Shown piece by piece: positions 37,016 through 52,200 of a stretch of DNA of 64,000 nucleotides. Position 1 is the stretch's first letter; the number at the start of each line of letters is the position of its first letter. A model generated the notes under the pieces. That model made no database searches. It was not told the DNA's origin and saw only the letters and a list, made by a program, of their open reading frames with translations. This stretch comes from Auanema rhodensis (Eukaryota > Animalia > Nematoda), in assembly GCA_964057225.1 (NCBI GenBank), contig OZ059896.1, forward strand, positions 16,802,001 through 16,866,000, in the 5' to 3' direction. Position numbers and translations under genes: made by a program.

Positions 37016-40000
37016 TTGGAATTGAACATACAATTCACGTAACCATCACATCCTCAACAGTTTCCAAGAACAAAATACAAATATATTCAGTTTTTTGCAG
37101 TCGGTTTGAGTTTAGTCTGTGTACATCTTGGAATTTTTATTATCATTATGATTATTATTTTTATTATTATTGTATTTCTTTATAAATGTACGAGGAACTG
37201 TGATCAGACAATGCCACCAATAAAGCATTTTGTTGAAAATGTTGAAGTTTGATAGCTTGTATGTATGTGTGTAGATGTGTTTGTTTGTATTTTGCTTGAA
37301 AAAAAAACCATAACAAGACAGTAATCTTCATACGATATCTTCAGAATATTGCTTGAATATTGAAAATATTGAATATTTACCTTCTAATATATACATATGC
37401 ATATGCGTCATTTAGAACTATTATAATAATTAAAGACAAAATACATTGATGACCACATCCCTCCCCCAACTAGATCAACTTCCTGAAGCCATTAATTATT
37501 TAATTGTCAAAAAATATTTCATTAATACGTTGTTTTAAGTTTTATCCGTTCAAAGCGACGATAACAAATTAAATTAACTTTGATAATGTTCCGCTGAAAA
37601 GGCAATTTTTTTGATCCGAATCCTGATAAATTCAAATATTTTGAATAAAAAATATATGATAAGATGATAAGAATATAAAACAAATAGGAAAGTGTATTTA
37701 AGTAGGTTGTTAACAGCCTATCAGGAGTTGGTGGACTGGTGCCTTTCCATTCTCTTATTTTTCTATTAAAAAGTTCAGAGACGATAAAAGAGACATCTCG
37801 TACCATGTGCAGAAAGTATGGCATCAAAGTAGCTGTTGAAAGTAAGAATTATTTATCTTTTTACATGTAAATATATTTTAATTTTAGATACAGAGTTGAA
37901 TAAAATGCCATTTTTATCCAATAGCCCCGATTATTTCAAATACAACACCATGCAACGACCACGAAATCTCTCAAGATGTTGATAATGCGGAGAATGATCA
38001 TTGAAGTTACTCAGGATTTTTTTTCTTCGTGAATATTTCTTTAAATGAATATATTTCAATGAATATCTTGAATAGTTGAGTTATAAAATCTAAAACATGA
38101 TTAGACAGTGAAATATAGAAAAAGGACAAGAGAGCAAAGAACGTTAAAACATTGCATTTTGCAGCTTGGCTTCAAACATAATTTGTTCTGAACAAAAACA
38201 TGCTATAGTGTAGTTTTTTAAATCAAAACTAATGAAAAGCATAATATTAAACATTTTTTGAAGTATTTCCAATATTGGACATTGGTGGTTGTAAAAATAT
38301 TAAAATCAAGTGGACTCGTAACTGTTCAGATTAGTTCGTATGAAAAGTGAAAAAGTGAAATTTTTTTTCGAAACTGATAACAGCAGTTAGCTTTAATATT
38401 AATAATTGATATTTAGAACAGAAATTGGAAGTATTTTTCTTGATTCGAAGATACAAATTTTGAATATTTAATATAGATGTCTTCTTATTTTTTATACAAT
38501 AATCATAAAAATAATTACTTCTTATCCAGAGGTTTTTTTTGTTCGACAAAAATTAAATTGAAGGCGAATCTTGTGACCATTGCCCATATATTATGACTAT
38601 CACATCATATTTTCCTATTAAAATGTATGAAAATGTCAAAAAAACCATTCAATATTTAATTGAAAAAAAAGAAAAGTAATAACACTTAACTTAAAACGTT
38701 TTATGCAAGAAAAATAAGGAAAAAAGAAAAGAATTTCTTTCTGAGGTTTTCGGAAGAACGAAAAACATTCTTAATCCATGATTGCACATTAAAAAGAGTC
38801 TAATCTGAGAAAACACGTTGCCATTTTCCCTTCTTCGTCTCATAACCTCAGGTTTAGTACCTACTACTCATGTACAAAGTTTAGTATTGAATGTTTTATA
38901 GCAAAAAGATTAGTTGTAGTGTCTTCTTTGTTTGTCATTGAAAGCGATATTAGAAAAATTGCTGAAAATTTTGAATATTTCTTATAGACTTTTGAAACAA
39001 TGATTTTTGAACATTATTTCAATTTCTTTCCATTCGTCATAGTAGTACACTAATCCCTGAACACCTCAGTAGCATTTTTCTTTCTCCCTTTCAAGCTATT
39101 ATTTTCCTCGTTTTGCTATTACCATTTTGACTCAAGTGGACTGTGTCTACATTAGCGTTAATTTAATAATTTTTATAAACTGACTTCATTGACTTTTGCC
39201 CTCATTTACTGAAGAAATTAACTTTAATGAGCAAAAAAAATAGATAGCAATTTAGGAAATCATCAGCCGCATGACTTAACGCCTTGAAACTACTTAGCTC
39301 TCATCTCATTTGGTTTCGTTCGTCCTGGTGCTATTACATCTTGAATTTCATAGTCGGTTTCGTTATTTTTTTTTTCGTTTTCAATATCATCGAGGTTATT
39401 TCATATATTCTCTCAACTTATAAAGCAAAAAGCAGAAACAGACGATATGAAGTATTTGATTTAACCTCTTTGAAATCTGACAATGAAGCCTTGTTTCAAT
39501 TTCGAGAACGGGACAGCTAAAAAAGTTTTCAAATTCATCATGCAGTACTAATCTTTGTCTGTCTAGATAATTTGATAGAAACCCTAGTACATGATAGAGA
39601 ACTATCATACTCGAAATAGCATATGAAAAGTTCAAAGCATTATTCCTTTAAATCTTTTCTCGTTAGTTTCTTTACTATATCTGGACTTCTTCATTAACTT
39701 CGTTAATATGCTCAAACGTTATATATATCTTACTAAACTGTACTATTTATATATTAAATTTCTCTTACTCTTCATCAATTATGTCTCTCATCAGAATGAT
39801 TCAAGTAAGTATATTCTTTAGTTACATATAGCTACAAGTACAGCTTGCTTTCAGCAATTGACAAGTTTTTCTTATTTCTTTTCCTTTTTTTACTTGGAAT
39901 ATAAATAATTTCAAATACATAAATACATAATTCTTATAACTTCAAAGAAAATAAAAAATTTTAAAAACTTTATTTAAGTTTTTGATAAACATTAAACTTA

Positions 40001-42250
40001 TATCATTAACTTATTCAATTCATTCGTAAATATTCAAGTTTGTTTCTTTATATATTTATTAAACAATCATTTTCCTTTTTTTCATATAAAGTAGACGTCA
40101 TATATGTTAATTAGTAGATGAGTCTCAATAATATGAGATAATTATAGAATTATTTTGATATTTTACCACCTGAATCTATAAGATCTGATGAGGAGTCTCA
40201 TTATCTTACTCACATTTCAACAAATTTTGTAACTTTTTTTCATCTGCTTTATGCTAAATGTCAGAAAAAAAGAAGAAAATTACCACAAAATAATAAGCAT
40301 AATGAAATATTCTTTTATTTTTATTTATTTTTGCTATTCCTACATTATTAAGTAAATCTTTAAGTATTATATTATAAATTTTAAATAGTTCTAGTTTAGT
40401 CATTAATTCACATAATTTACATATAATGATAGGAGAGAAGAGGAGGAGGGAAGGTGTGTAGTTGACACAAGCTTAGTGTTATTGTTTGTTAACAGAGAGA
40501 AGTTTTGTGAAAAAAAACTGAAAAAGAAACTAATAACCATATAACATTCATCATCAACAACATAATAAGGATGATGAGAGGAAATATATGTATGTATATG
40601 TATATCATCATTACATACTATATAACTTATATATATATATATATATAGTTTTATAGAATTTTATATATTTTTATATAGTTTTTTATAATGTTTTAACATA
40701 TTATCCATACTAGATATGTATATGTGAATATATATTTTATGATTAAAAGCATAGTTTTGACCTTTTCTTTCGATTTCCTTATTAATGCCACTTCGAAAAA
40801 TCTCTGCTACATTTTAATTTCTGATGTAAATCAGTTCAACTCCCATACGTATTCAATTTAGTTTCCATTAGAAGCTTAATCATTTTTTTTCCTGGTAAAG
40901 GTCCTTCTGAATTATTCCGTTCTTGATGTGTTAAGACTGATATGAATACGTATAATAGTATATGTAATATCTATTATTGAGCTATATCGTGTTTCAAGAA
41001 AAACAGTTTAAAAAGATTAAATTAGGTATGGTTGACAGCCGTTTCATCTCACGAATTATGCGATTAATTCGACATTTTGAAAGATATACGGCTTCTTTCA
41101 ATAACTAATTAACTTTGTGTGGTTTATAAATTGCTATTGATATATATTTTCTGAAAATCGTGTTCATAGATATAAATCCGGAGAGGATATGCTGTTCACA
41201 TGCTTGAATCGAAAAAGTTGGATAGTTACAAAATTCTATTTTTTTTTCTTTTTTTTTCATCGTACATGAAAATTCAAATAGTTATTTCAGGCTATTATAT
41301 TCTTTAGATTATTAATTAAATTTCGGTATCAAGTGGCATTGACATTATTGTTCCATTTTGAGCTCATGTTTAGAAGCATATCTGCATCATGAGAATCGAA
41401 GGTTTTTCTCGTTCTACGGGAAAAAAAGGAATAACACTTGTTGCATTGAAAGCAAAAGGCTTGGAAATTAGAGGTACAAGCAATAACGACAAATAGGAAG
41501 TTGAGATAGAAGGAAGAGGGGGAGGGCATATTGAGAGAAAGCTAGGGAAGAGGGTAAAGAGATGGGAAGAGAAAGGGAAACGGAGAACGGGTGGGGGGAG
41601 TTTGGTGAGAATTGAGATGAAGCATTAGTAAAGAGTGTGTGTTTTTGTGCATAGGATGTAGGTGGGTATGTCATTGAGGAGATTCAAGAGAAGATGCCAA
41701 TAGGTCCATCATCAAGACAACAAGCATTTTCTTCTAAATGTTCTTTAAATAAACATCTTTTTTTTGCTGTTCATATGAATGCTGTTCATACATATGTCTA
41801 CCATGCAGTGCTACAACAAAATCATATTTTCTTCTTCACATCACAGGAAAAACTAAATAAGAATTGAAAATATTATTCTGTTCCCTGAACTTTCACATAT
41901 TTCTCATACACGTACATATAAGTTATCAGAAAAAATGTTAAAACTTCAATGAATCTATTAACATTAAGCTGCTTGTAGCCTATTATTTTCTGAATATTAT
42001 CTGTTCGAATTGTTGAAAAGTGTTAAAAATTGTATTTATACTCAACAAATGACTATAAGACTCTTAAAATTCTTAATTCTGTGATCTACGGTAGTAAGAC
42101 GTTTTATATTATGAAAATGATTATCAAAATTATTCATATAATTTTCATTCATGATCGTATTCATGATTCATTTTTTTTATTTTCAACTAATTATTTTGAA
42201 AAACTTACTAATTTATAAAAAGAATAATTAGTTGAAGTCTTTGTTATGTG

Positions 42251-42251
<1 letters not shown>

Positions 42252-42292
<41 letters not shown>
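42252..42292. repeat. (TA)n microsatellite; similar tracts near 13762, 17151, 33818 and 35567
   Basis: Perfect dinucleotide run. Confidence 0.9.
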
Positions 42293-42296
<4 letters not shown>

Positions 42297-44279
42297 CATA
42301 TGTATAAATATAATGCAATGTGTTCAAGTTATTTACATTTTTGAGATTTTCTTTTTTTTTTGGTAAAAAAATCGTCAAATGCTACAAAACTTTTGTCTTC
42401 TTATTTCTGAGACAAATTGAATTAAAAATTCAGAAAAAAAATCAATTTTAACTTTTGTGAGTTGAAATTCACCAGGAAATTTCATAGATATCCCAATGAG
42501 TTGCTGAAATAAATTTGACCGAGAGAGAAAAAAAAAGAAATAAATTCGTAGAACCGAATGGTTTTCAATTTGGTTCGACAACTATTTCTCATAGTCTCAG
42601 TAACCTACTGCATGAGAATTTTGCGCTGTTTCTGGAAATAAATCAAAACCTATTTCTTATATTTAGAATATTTTTTAAACAATCACGAAATATGACTTAT
42701 CTTTCGTTTTGCCAAAAGTTTGGAATCATGTGAACAGAAACGGATTTATGCTGTTCTTTTGAAATAAATTAAGTCTTCTCGAATCCTCGTTCATGAATAG
42801 AATGAGCATTTTCGTAACATTTGTGTTATCAAATCATTTTTAAATAGAACTTTATTTGACGTCAAGAGATTTCAATGAGAGTTGAAGTTAGACACACGAC
42901 GACTAACTATTCTATGATGAAGGTATAACACAGCTTATATAAATGCTCGTTGTTTTTAGGCAATCAGACGTCGCTCAAGCTGCTATTTCATTTATTCATA
43001 TTATATCCATTTACATCTTAATGTATTCTTTTCTTTTTTAACTTACATTCACTATACCTTTCCAAAGTATTTTTAAAGTGTAAGAAGTTGTTTTCTTCTT
43101 TTTTTACTGAATATCCATATGTACATGAATGTATGTACATGCAAAAAGTTGAGAGAAAACGCATTCATCTCTAGATCATAAATGCTATAAATGATTATAC
43201 TACTTTAGAGAGCATAACTTGCCATTTCAGAACTATCTTTTCATGCTTTATAATCTATTTATTAATGTAATCATCATGTTCTTATATAATTATTAAAAAT
43301 CTGCACAATCTTTTCTATCTATTTTCACTTTTCTATTTTGGAAGGAAATATCATATTCTAAAAATGAGCAACAAATGGCGTTTTTTCTATATTTTAAAAC
43401 GAAAATGAAGTATTTTCTACAAAAATACTGTCATCTTGTTTCTTCTCACACTCTAACCATCCATGTCAACATGTTTTTTCTTTGCCATGAACTGTTAACC
43501 TTCTAGTTGCTCCCACAACATTTTCAACGAATTTGTGGCCTGTGTACAGATTGCGAGAAAGCTTTTCTATCTAGGGTATTCAAACATAAATTTAAATTTT
43601 CACTCTTCTTTTCAACATCAAAACTTGTGACATTGAGCTTTTAGCAATTAATATAAAATCATTAGATATAACGAGTAGAACATAATTTTATAGTTAACTC
43701 CGCCTATAGTAAAATGAGTAATTACTTATAAAAGATCCGTTGTTCAAGCTCATCAGGTTCCATTTATTGTCCTATTATTTTATTATATATCTAATATTTA
43801 ATATATTAGATATTATATCATCACTTTCTTTTATTTTAGCTAATTTTTTATGAATTACGAATAATTATGACGTGTTATGGCTAATATGACTCTCAGCAAC
43901 TCGTTTATGCATATAGTTCTTCATTACTTTCAGTTGCTTTGTCCGATTCATCTTTTTTTTGTTCCTGTGTATGTTGTTTGAACTGAGAGCTCATTCTTTG
44001 AATTATCGTTTTCTCCCTCTCTTTCACCCTCGTTTTCACCTTTTTCCCATACCTTTCAGCTTTCTTTTCATGCATTATACATTAAGACAATGAATCTTCT
44101 GTTAATCTCTTATTTGTCATTTATAATTTCACAATTCTACATTAATGTCATCTTGTTCATTTGATTGTATAGTCTTGTTCATCACTATGTATATGAATAT
44201 CTTATAAGTAGCTTCTTGTCGTTCTCATGTATGTTCTATTTTCCAGTTATACTCATATCTTTATATTCTAACTATAGGA

Positions 44280-47200
44280 ATGTCTATAGAAGGGATAGAA
44301 ACATGCAATCCAGCTGAGGTGAGTAGCCATAAGCATTAATGCTTCCACAAGTAATTCTTATTTATGATTGTTGGATTATAACATGCCCCCACATTTTAAC
44401 ACATTTCCGTTAGATTACTGTATGCTTTTTCAGGTCTATGGAGGAGCACATTTGGTATGTGATTACAGCATCTCTTTTCGTATTTCCTTAATCTTCATCA
44501 TAATCATAGACAACACCAAAATATTGTTAAAGCATGCTATTTCTTTCCGATTTTCATATAAATCTTAATATTTTCTTTAAGATAGAACAAATCAATTATT
44601 GAATTCAATAGTTTTTGTTTCCATTCATCAATACTCGGCTATTATGTAATTTGTCTTTCAGCGAAATACCACATGTTCAACATTTACAGTATATGATCAT
44701 TATATCAATAGTTGTGTTCCTGCATCTCTAATACAGTTTGCTGACCAGGTGATAATCAATTTTCAATATTTTATCCATACATATACACATTTATACACAC
44801 TAGTGATTATCTTTTATAACCAGAATTCCAATTGCAAATCTTTTTTTTTTCTTTTCCTTTTTTCTGCCTTAAAAGAATATGGTTCTTGCTCGAATGAAGT
44901 CGCCTAATCTTTTCAGCCACTCCTTCATGATTTAGTAATATTAGTTTGAAAAATGACAAAGAACAATAAGATATCATAAAAGAATTACATCATTTCAAAC
45001 TGACGTTTTGATTTCAACAGGAAAATGAGCCGGCCATGCATGCAATATATGGGTACGTACTTCTTCTTCTATCTCTGATAGTTTTACTTTCCCATGGACT
45101 CGTCATTTATGTACTTAAGGAACAAAAAAATGTAAGTTATTAACCATTGTTAACCATATGCGTAATATAAAATTATAAAAATTAATAATGAAAATGGAAA
45201 GAGAGTTCAAGAGCATATGCATTAATATATATATAAAACAAATATATATATATAAGTACAACATTACATATATTATATTATACTGTTTCTTTAATTTTTA
45301 ATACGGTAACGTAAAATGAATAGTTCAAATATTACATTTAACACACAACCGATTCTGATATTATTCGTAGTTAAAATGAATATACATAGTTCACGTCTAT
45401 TCCACGTCAATTTGCGTTTAATTTTCCCTAAGTTAAAGAAAGATGTATGTATATACTCATATGTACATAAATGAGTATTTTAAATGTTTAAAACAGAAAG
45501 TACATTATAACATCTTTTTTCAGCATCATATCATATAAATTTTAACTTATTTGCACAATAAGATAATTTATTTATGTTACAAAAAATAATCTCTCATAAA
45601 TATTTATGTTACAAAAAATAATCTCTCATAAATATTTCCAAAATATTGTGTATTCTCAAACTTTTTCTCTCATTATAATCATGCAAGGGAAGTCTTAGAG
45701 CATCATATATCGAAAATATCAATTATAATTACATCGACAAAGATTTCAAAGTTCGTGCCAACTGGAATAGTACATGAAAGTACATTATTTCCTACGCAAT
45801 GTATCGAACTTTTTCTTTTTCTTTTTACAAATTACTCAGATATAAAAGAAGAATATAAAATTCTATTTTTAAAGAATACAAGAACTAAATAATAATAAAT
45901 GATATTACAGTTTCTAGGCAATTTGTTCCGATTTAGTTTCTTAATTCCAGAAGCGCGCATCTGTAGAGCCTTTACTGTTTATGGCAATCAGTGCTTTATT
46001 CATGGCTATAGCACCACTTCCTTTTACTATTTATTATTATAATTTGGGACATCTTATGGACTTAAATCAAACGTTGCATTTATGTTACTTACAAAAGTTG
46101 TGTATGGAAACATTTCCTTTTTTCTTTAATACTTTAATTACTTTTTTCACTATGCTGCTAGGCATTCAAAGGTATATTAACATTATTTGAAAAAGTAAGC
46201 AAATCATTTTCTCAGATTCATAGCCATACAATACCCTCTTGACTCATTTCGGTGGTGTGCCCGACGACAAATCAGATTATATTCCAAAATTATTCTGCTT
46301 GCTTCTTCAATAATCACTTTCGTTCACTACATGTTCGATATTCGGGTTATATATCATTTTTGTATAACAGTAAGTTTTTATTTATCTTGTTCTTTCTCAT
46401 CAATCTCTCTATCTTTTGACTGGTTATTTTTCAATTTCATATATTCAAAATAAACATAAAGCATAGCACATTCCTTTTCTTCCTTTTTTCAGAACGGACC
46501 TCACTCATTATGGGTCGCACGTTGTTTTGTAGGATATTCGGATATAACAAGATCTTTGGGAGCCGGTGTATTAGCCACGGTATGATAGTTCTTTGCTACT
46601 TTTTATAATAGATTGCATATTAATTCATTGTAGATGTTCGATATTTTTCGAATTTGTATCACATTAGTTCCCTCAATATTCTTGCTAGTCATCACTTTTT
46701 TACTGATTCGTACAGTTAGGGCAACAGATAAGACATTTGTAGTGTAAGTTTTAAAAAGAAATAATTTAAAATGATAGATAACTTGTAATTTAATTATATT
46801 TCAGTACAAAGACGAATAAAAATATATCAACTATTAATCGTCACAAAAAAATTACAAGTGCTTCACGTAAAACAACTGTAATGCTTACAGTTATTATAGT
46901 TCTATTTCTAGTTGGACGGTAAATTATCTGAAATGATTTAAATGTTTATTTAAATGAAACTTTTACTTATAGGTTACCGTCAACTATTCTGATTCTTGTT
47001 ATGAAAATTGCGGATTTCTTTGATATTCCTGCGTTAGAAATAGTTTATGATGCTTATCTACGGGCTTTCACCAACATAATTATGATGACTGTTCATCCTA
47101 TATCTTTTGCTGTGTATATGCTGATGTCGAGGTATTTAAATGCTCAAAAATCTGTGAAAACAAAACTGTTTTGCAGGCGATTTCGAATATCGTTACGACG

Positions 47201-47768
47201 TAAGCTTGGATGGCGCTTTCTTGCCACAGATGAAGAGTTGCGAGCATTTAACTCTACAAATCGAATACATTCCATTGGAGCTAATATACGATACAAAGAA
47301 AGTACATTTCCTCTTCTTAGCTATCGACTTGGTGAGTGTGCTCCCGTAATTGTTAAAACAGTGGATTTTTTGTAATTTGAGTTTTTTTTTGTTTCATTAA
47401 AATGTTTGGTTTTTTATATTATTGTATGTTGCGTTGATCTCTGTTATGAATCTTTGGTTTTTTATAAGATATCTTTAACCAAGCTCTCTAGGAGTAAGGT
47501 TGTTCGTCTTTTCACAACTGTTTCATGTCTTTGGCTGCATCTAACTGCATTATTTTGAGTTTTGTGTGTGCTTGAATGCGTATAAATTCATGTTCATGTG
47601 ACGTAGTCATTAACTTTAAATTAATTGTGCAACTTATTCTGAATATTCGCAGAATCAGATAACTCATCTTACTTACCTACCATGTGTTCAACCCGACAGG
47701 ATTCGAAAAAAGGTGTAGCTTTTTCACCTGGAATACCCGAAGAAGAAGAAAATCATCAAAAAAATTGA
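44280..47768 (+). CDS. Class A peptide GPCR related to sex-peptide/FMRFamide (sprr/Srw-like) receptors
   Basis: About 12 exons: MSIEGIETCNPAE.., TM1 AIYGYVLLLLSLIVLLSHGLVIYVL, TM2 LLFMAISALFMAIAPLPFTIYYY, TM3 ..FFTMLLGIQRFIAIQYP (DRY-like QRF), TM6 RKTTVMLTVIIVLFLVGRLP, TM7 HPISFAVYMLMSRRFR; stop at 47766-47768. Confidence 0.85.
45569..45632. repeat. Perfect 32-bp tandem duplication in a GPCR intron
   Basis: TATTTATGTTACAAAAAATAATCTCTCATAAA occurs twice in tandem. Confidence 0.85.
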
Positions 47769-49234
47769 CAAGGAAAACATTTTTTCTCTTGATTAAATTA
47801 AATTTGTTATCAAATAATAATAAAATGATGTTTTAATTTGTATTGAAAAGTTACTCATTTCATTTGGGATTTGTTATCGCTGAATACAAGTAAATGATTA
47901 AAATATGATTTTGTTATATTTAATTAATATATTTCAACATCGCTTTAATTATAAACTCTGATAACACAACGATCAATCTGCTAAAATACATCTACTTGTT
48001 TATTTCTATCATTCTTAATTGTGTTTAAGCAAACAACTGCCATGTATACAACCGACTTCCGCGTCATCTTTGTTCGAAATAAAACTTTAAGAGTTTGGTG
48101 AAGAATGAAAATTAACAGAATGTGATAACTTTATGGCAATTTAAATAGATTATGAAATTATTTATATTTATATAGTAAATATGATGAAAATTTCATGTTT
48201 TATTGATATTTTGACATCTTTTTCTGAGAATTATCGCATAGCTTTACTAACTATAGGTCTGTTTATGTTGCCGCTTATTTACCCTATCAGAATAATTTAG
48301 AATTTACATTTAAAAATTTTTAAATATGTACATTTCGTTGACTGTTCCCATAACCCAGTTTGAAATTGAAATCCTCAAAGAGAATCGTCGGCTAAATACA
48401 AACATATGATTATGAATAAAATAATACATGTTTATAACACAATACATAATACAATACACATTTCCATATTTAGTTCTAGCTAATTTTCACAAATTTATAA
48501 AATAAAAGGAAATTTTGCGCACATTGTATACTCAACATACATATTATTGACTTTAGAAATATTTGAAACATTATAATGAAATGTAAATTCAACTATTCGC
48601 AGAATTTGCTCTATATATTCACGGAATAACAAGTAAATTTGGATAATAATCGAACATCATAGGCTTTTCTATTGACTACCGCTTTGGTGGTTCTTTAATG
48701 CTAAGATATATCGATTTTCCGCGCCTGCTGCCATTGCTCTTTGTATTTACCCCTATGGCACGCTTTCTTCATTCGACCTCTTATTTTAATGCAAAAATTA
48801 TTTTATTAAAATATCGGTTATATTTTATACTAGTTTACTTTTTTTTTTCAACTTGTGTGGTCTTCTATTACACTATGTATTTTTTCCCTAGTTTAATGCG
48901 TTAAAAAACACAGCTCACTTCTTATCTTCTTTATTTTTTTCCCCAGGCATTCAACAACCACCCAGCAAGTGGCTCAAAAAAACGTGTACTACTCGTGTTG
49001 CAAAATAAGGTTCTTGAACTTAAGAAAATGATACTATTGAAGTAACAGGTATGTTCACATCCTTTTCAAACGAACGCCTTCGATTTCTTTTACTGAGCAA
49101 CGGTTGCTATCTAAGAATATATTTCACTTTCAAATAGTATATACTACAATTTTTCAGAGTATTAGCCGAAGGCTCTATCTAAGCAATTTTCATTATTTAT
49201 TATATTATAATATTTCTCGAAGAAATACTATATT

Positions 49235-52200
49235 ATGACTGCTCATGATATTCGACCAAAATCAAAAGGAGCTAATCGTCAAGAAACTGTGAGAGTCATT
49301 GTCAGATGTAGACCATTAAGTACGACAGAAATATCGCAAGGTCATCGCAGGTAATAACATTGTCTTTCATGTTTTATTCGATGCTATCGCTTTGTGATTC
49401 ATGCTTGTATAAACAATCTTTGTTTCAGTATTATTAATTTACATCCGGAGCGTGGTTTGATTGAACTCAAAAATCCCTCACAACCTGATGAGCTTAGTAA
49501 AGACTTCACATTTGATGCTATTTATGGCGAAAGGTTGTTCTGCTTTTTATGGAATATATGTTATTTTCTCTTATAGTTCAAAACAGAAAGATTTGTATGA
49601 TGAGACCTTCCGAGATTTAGTAGATTCTGTCTTAAATGGCTTCAATGGGACCATTTTTGCATATGGTCAAACCGGAACTGGCAAAACATATACTATGGAA
49701 GGTATATAGCAAATATTATGATGAGTATGCAAAACATATTTCTAGGAAAAGCTAGTGTTGCTGAGGAACGTGGAGTTATTTATAACTGTTTTGATCATAT
49801 ATTCCAACATATATCACAGTCTAGGAATCAAAAATATCTAGTTCGAGCTAGTTATTTAGAAATTTATCAGGTTCATTTGGATTTTCAAATTAAAGAAGTA
49901 TTATTTTTTTTGTAGGAAGAAATTCGTGATTTGTTAGATAAGGATGGTAAAAAATTAGAGCTGAAAGAACGTCCTGATGTAAGAATATTTCTAAATTGGC
50001 TATTATTCAAACCGCTATTATAGATTGGTGTTTATGTGAAAGACCTTTCTTCATCCGTTACTAAATCCGTAGAAGAGCTTAAGAGTGTTATGCTTGTTGG
50101 TAATGCCAATCGTTCAGTAGGGTGGATACTTTTACTTACAACTCATTCTTTATAAGTGTCTTTCAGTCGAACTAATATGAATGAGCACTCGAGTCGGTCC
50201 CATGCTATATTCATGATCACTATAGAATGTTGCGAGATTGGTATAGACGGAGAAAATCACATAAGGTTTCTATCTGCTGATATTTGTAGATATTTTATTT
50301 TCCGTGTTTCAGAGTCGGAAAGTTAAATTTAGTTGATTTAGCTGGAAGTGAGAGACAAGCTAAAACAGGTGCTTCTGGTGAAAGGTTTAAGGAAGCAACC
50401 AAAATCAATCTATCCCTTTCTGCGTTGGGAAATGTTATATCTTCTCTTGTTGACGGAAAAAGTTCTCATATACCGTATCGTGATAGTAAACTTACTAGAC
50501 TTCTACAAGGTTTCTTTATTTATGGATATTTTACTATAGAATAACTTTAGATTCGTTGGGTGGTAACTCAAAAACTGTTATGGTGGCTTGCATTGGTCCA
50601 GCTTCGTATAATTTCGAAGAGACCTTAGGTTTATCTTTCATTTTCATTTTTTCTAAAAAGAATTCTTTCAGGTACTTTGCGATATGCCAATCGGGCGAAG
50701 AATATCAAGAATAAGCCAAGAATTAATGAAGATCCCAAAGATGCTCTTCTCCGTGAATTCCAAGATGAAATTAACCGACTTCGAGCTATGCTCAGCGCTA
50801 AAAAGGAGAATAAAGGTAAAGAAAAATCAATTATTCCAAATTCATAGAATTTTGTAGGAATGGATGGATCTCGTGGTGAAGAATATTACAAAGAGCAACA
50901 CCGCAATTTGGAAGCAGATAAGCAAAAAATCTTGTCTGACGATTCTATTGTAAAAGAGGTAAATTTTAAAATTATTTTTCTTGTAAATGGTTTAATTTCT
51001 ATTTAAATATTGTTTAAATTATTTCTAACTTTATCGGACATTGGTACATTTAATAACACAGCATTTATGTCATTTTTTTCTAACTTATTTTTTACTGGGA
51101 AATGCTAATAACTGGTTGTTCTGATTGAATTGATGTTAAAACATTTTCCAACGTACTTGTTACAGGAACGCAAGCGAATTTTGGAAGCTCTTGAAAAACG
51201 ATCAAAAGAGCTGGACACAGAAAAGGAATCTCAAGCAAGAATGGCTGAAAAAATCAAAGCTATGGAAAGTAAGCTCCTGGGTGGTACTAATCTTCTAGAT
51301 CACACTCGCGAACAAGAGTCGCAGTTAGAACGGAAAAGAAAAGAGCTTGCGGATCAGAAAGTATTGGAGTTTGTCAAATATTAAGTAGTTTTAATTTTTT
51401 CAGAGAAAAGAACGAGAAATTCTTGAGATATTGGAACAGCAGGATGAAGGTACTGCTGAAATACATCAGACATTTACCAATCTTCAGCAAGAAGTTGACG
51501 CAAAAACGAAAAAGTTAAATAAGTTCAAACTGAAATTGCGGAAAGTTTGTTGATTTATCTTGACATATCGTTAATGTTTCCTTTTTTTCAGTTACGAAAC
51601 GAAATTCATGATACAACTGTTGCTCATTCGCAAGAACGCCAAGAACTTGAGCGTGATGTATCCGAAATCAACAAAGAGCTGAAGTTGAAGTTAGTTAATA
51701 TTTTAATTTTTAATTTTCTGAACCTTGCTGTATTGTTAATATGAAAGTATTCCACTTACCAATTTTCCGTGACTTCCGGCAATTAATTGTTTGGTTTCCA
51801 TTCACATATTGTACGATTTGAATCTATTGTATACAGTTCAGCCTAACCGCCTATTCATTCATTTCCCTTATATCCACTCTTCTTTCGATCTCTTGATGGT
51901 CCGCCTTGCATATCAAGTTACTCTGCATAATGTGCGCATTTTCATGATTGCTTGAGTCCATCCTGCTTCCTCTTCTCCCTCTCTCGTCCATTCTCCTCGT
52001 TCCTTGCATACACTAGTCTCCTCAATCGCAGCAAACAAATATATCCCTTACTACGCATGTCCCCAAGCGTTCATTCGTTTATGCGACAAAATCATAAGTT
52101 TTGCTGCACAACCCTTTCTATCAGTTTTCTACTCATTCTTTCGTTTCTTGTCGCGTTTCGAAAAAGTTTATCTATAATGAATACTCATAGTACACAAAGA

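Noticed and set aside
48344-49115. X-box (DAF-19/RFX) motif upstream of ciliary kinesin klp-11
   Set aside because: Only half-sites are present (GTTCCCATAACCCA, GTTGCTATCT), with no full GTHNYY-AT-RRNAAC match.
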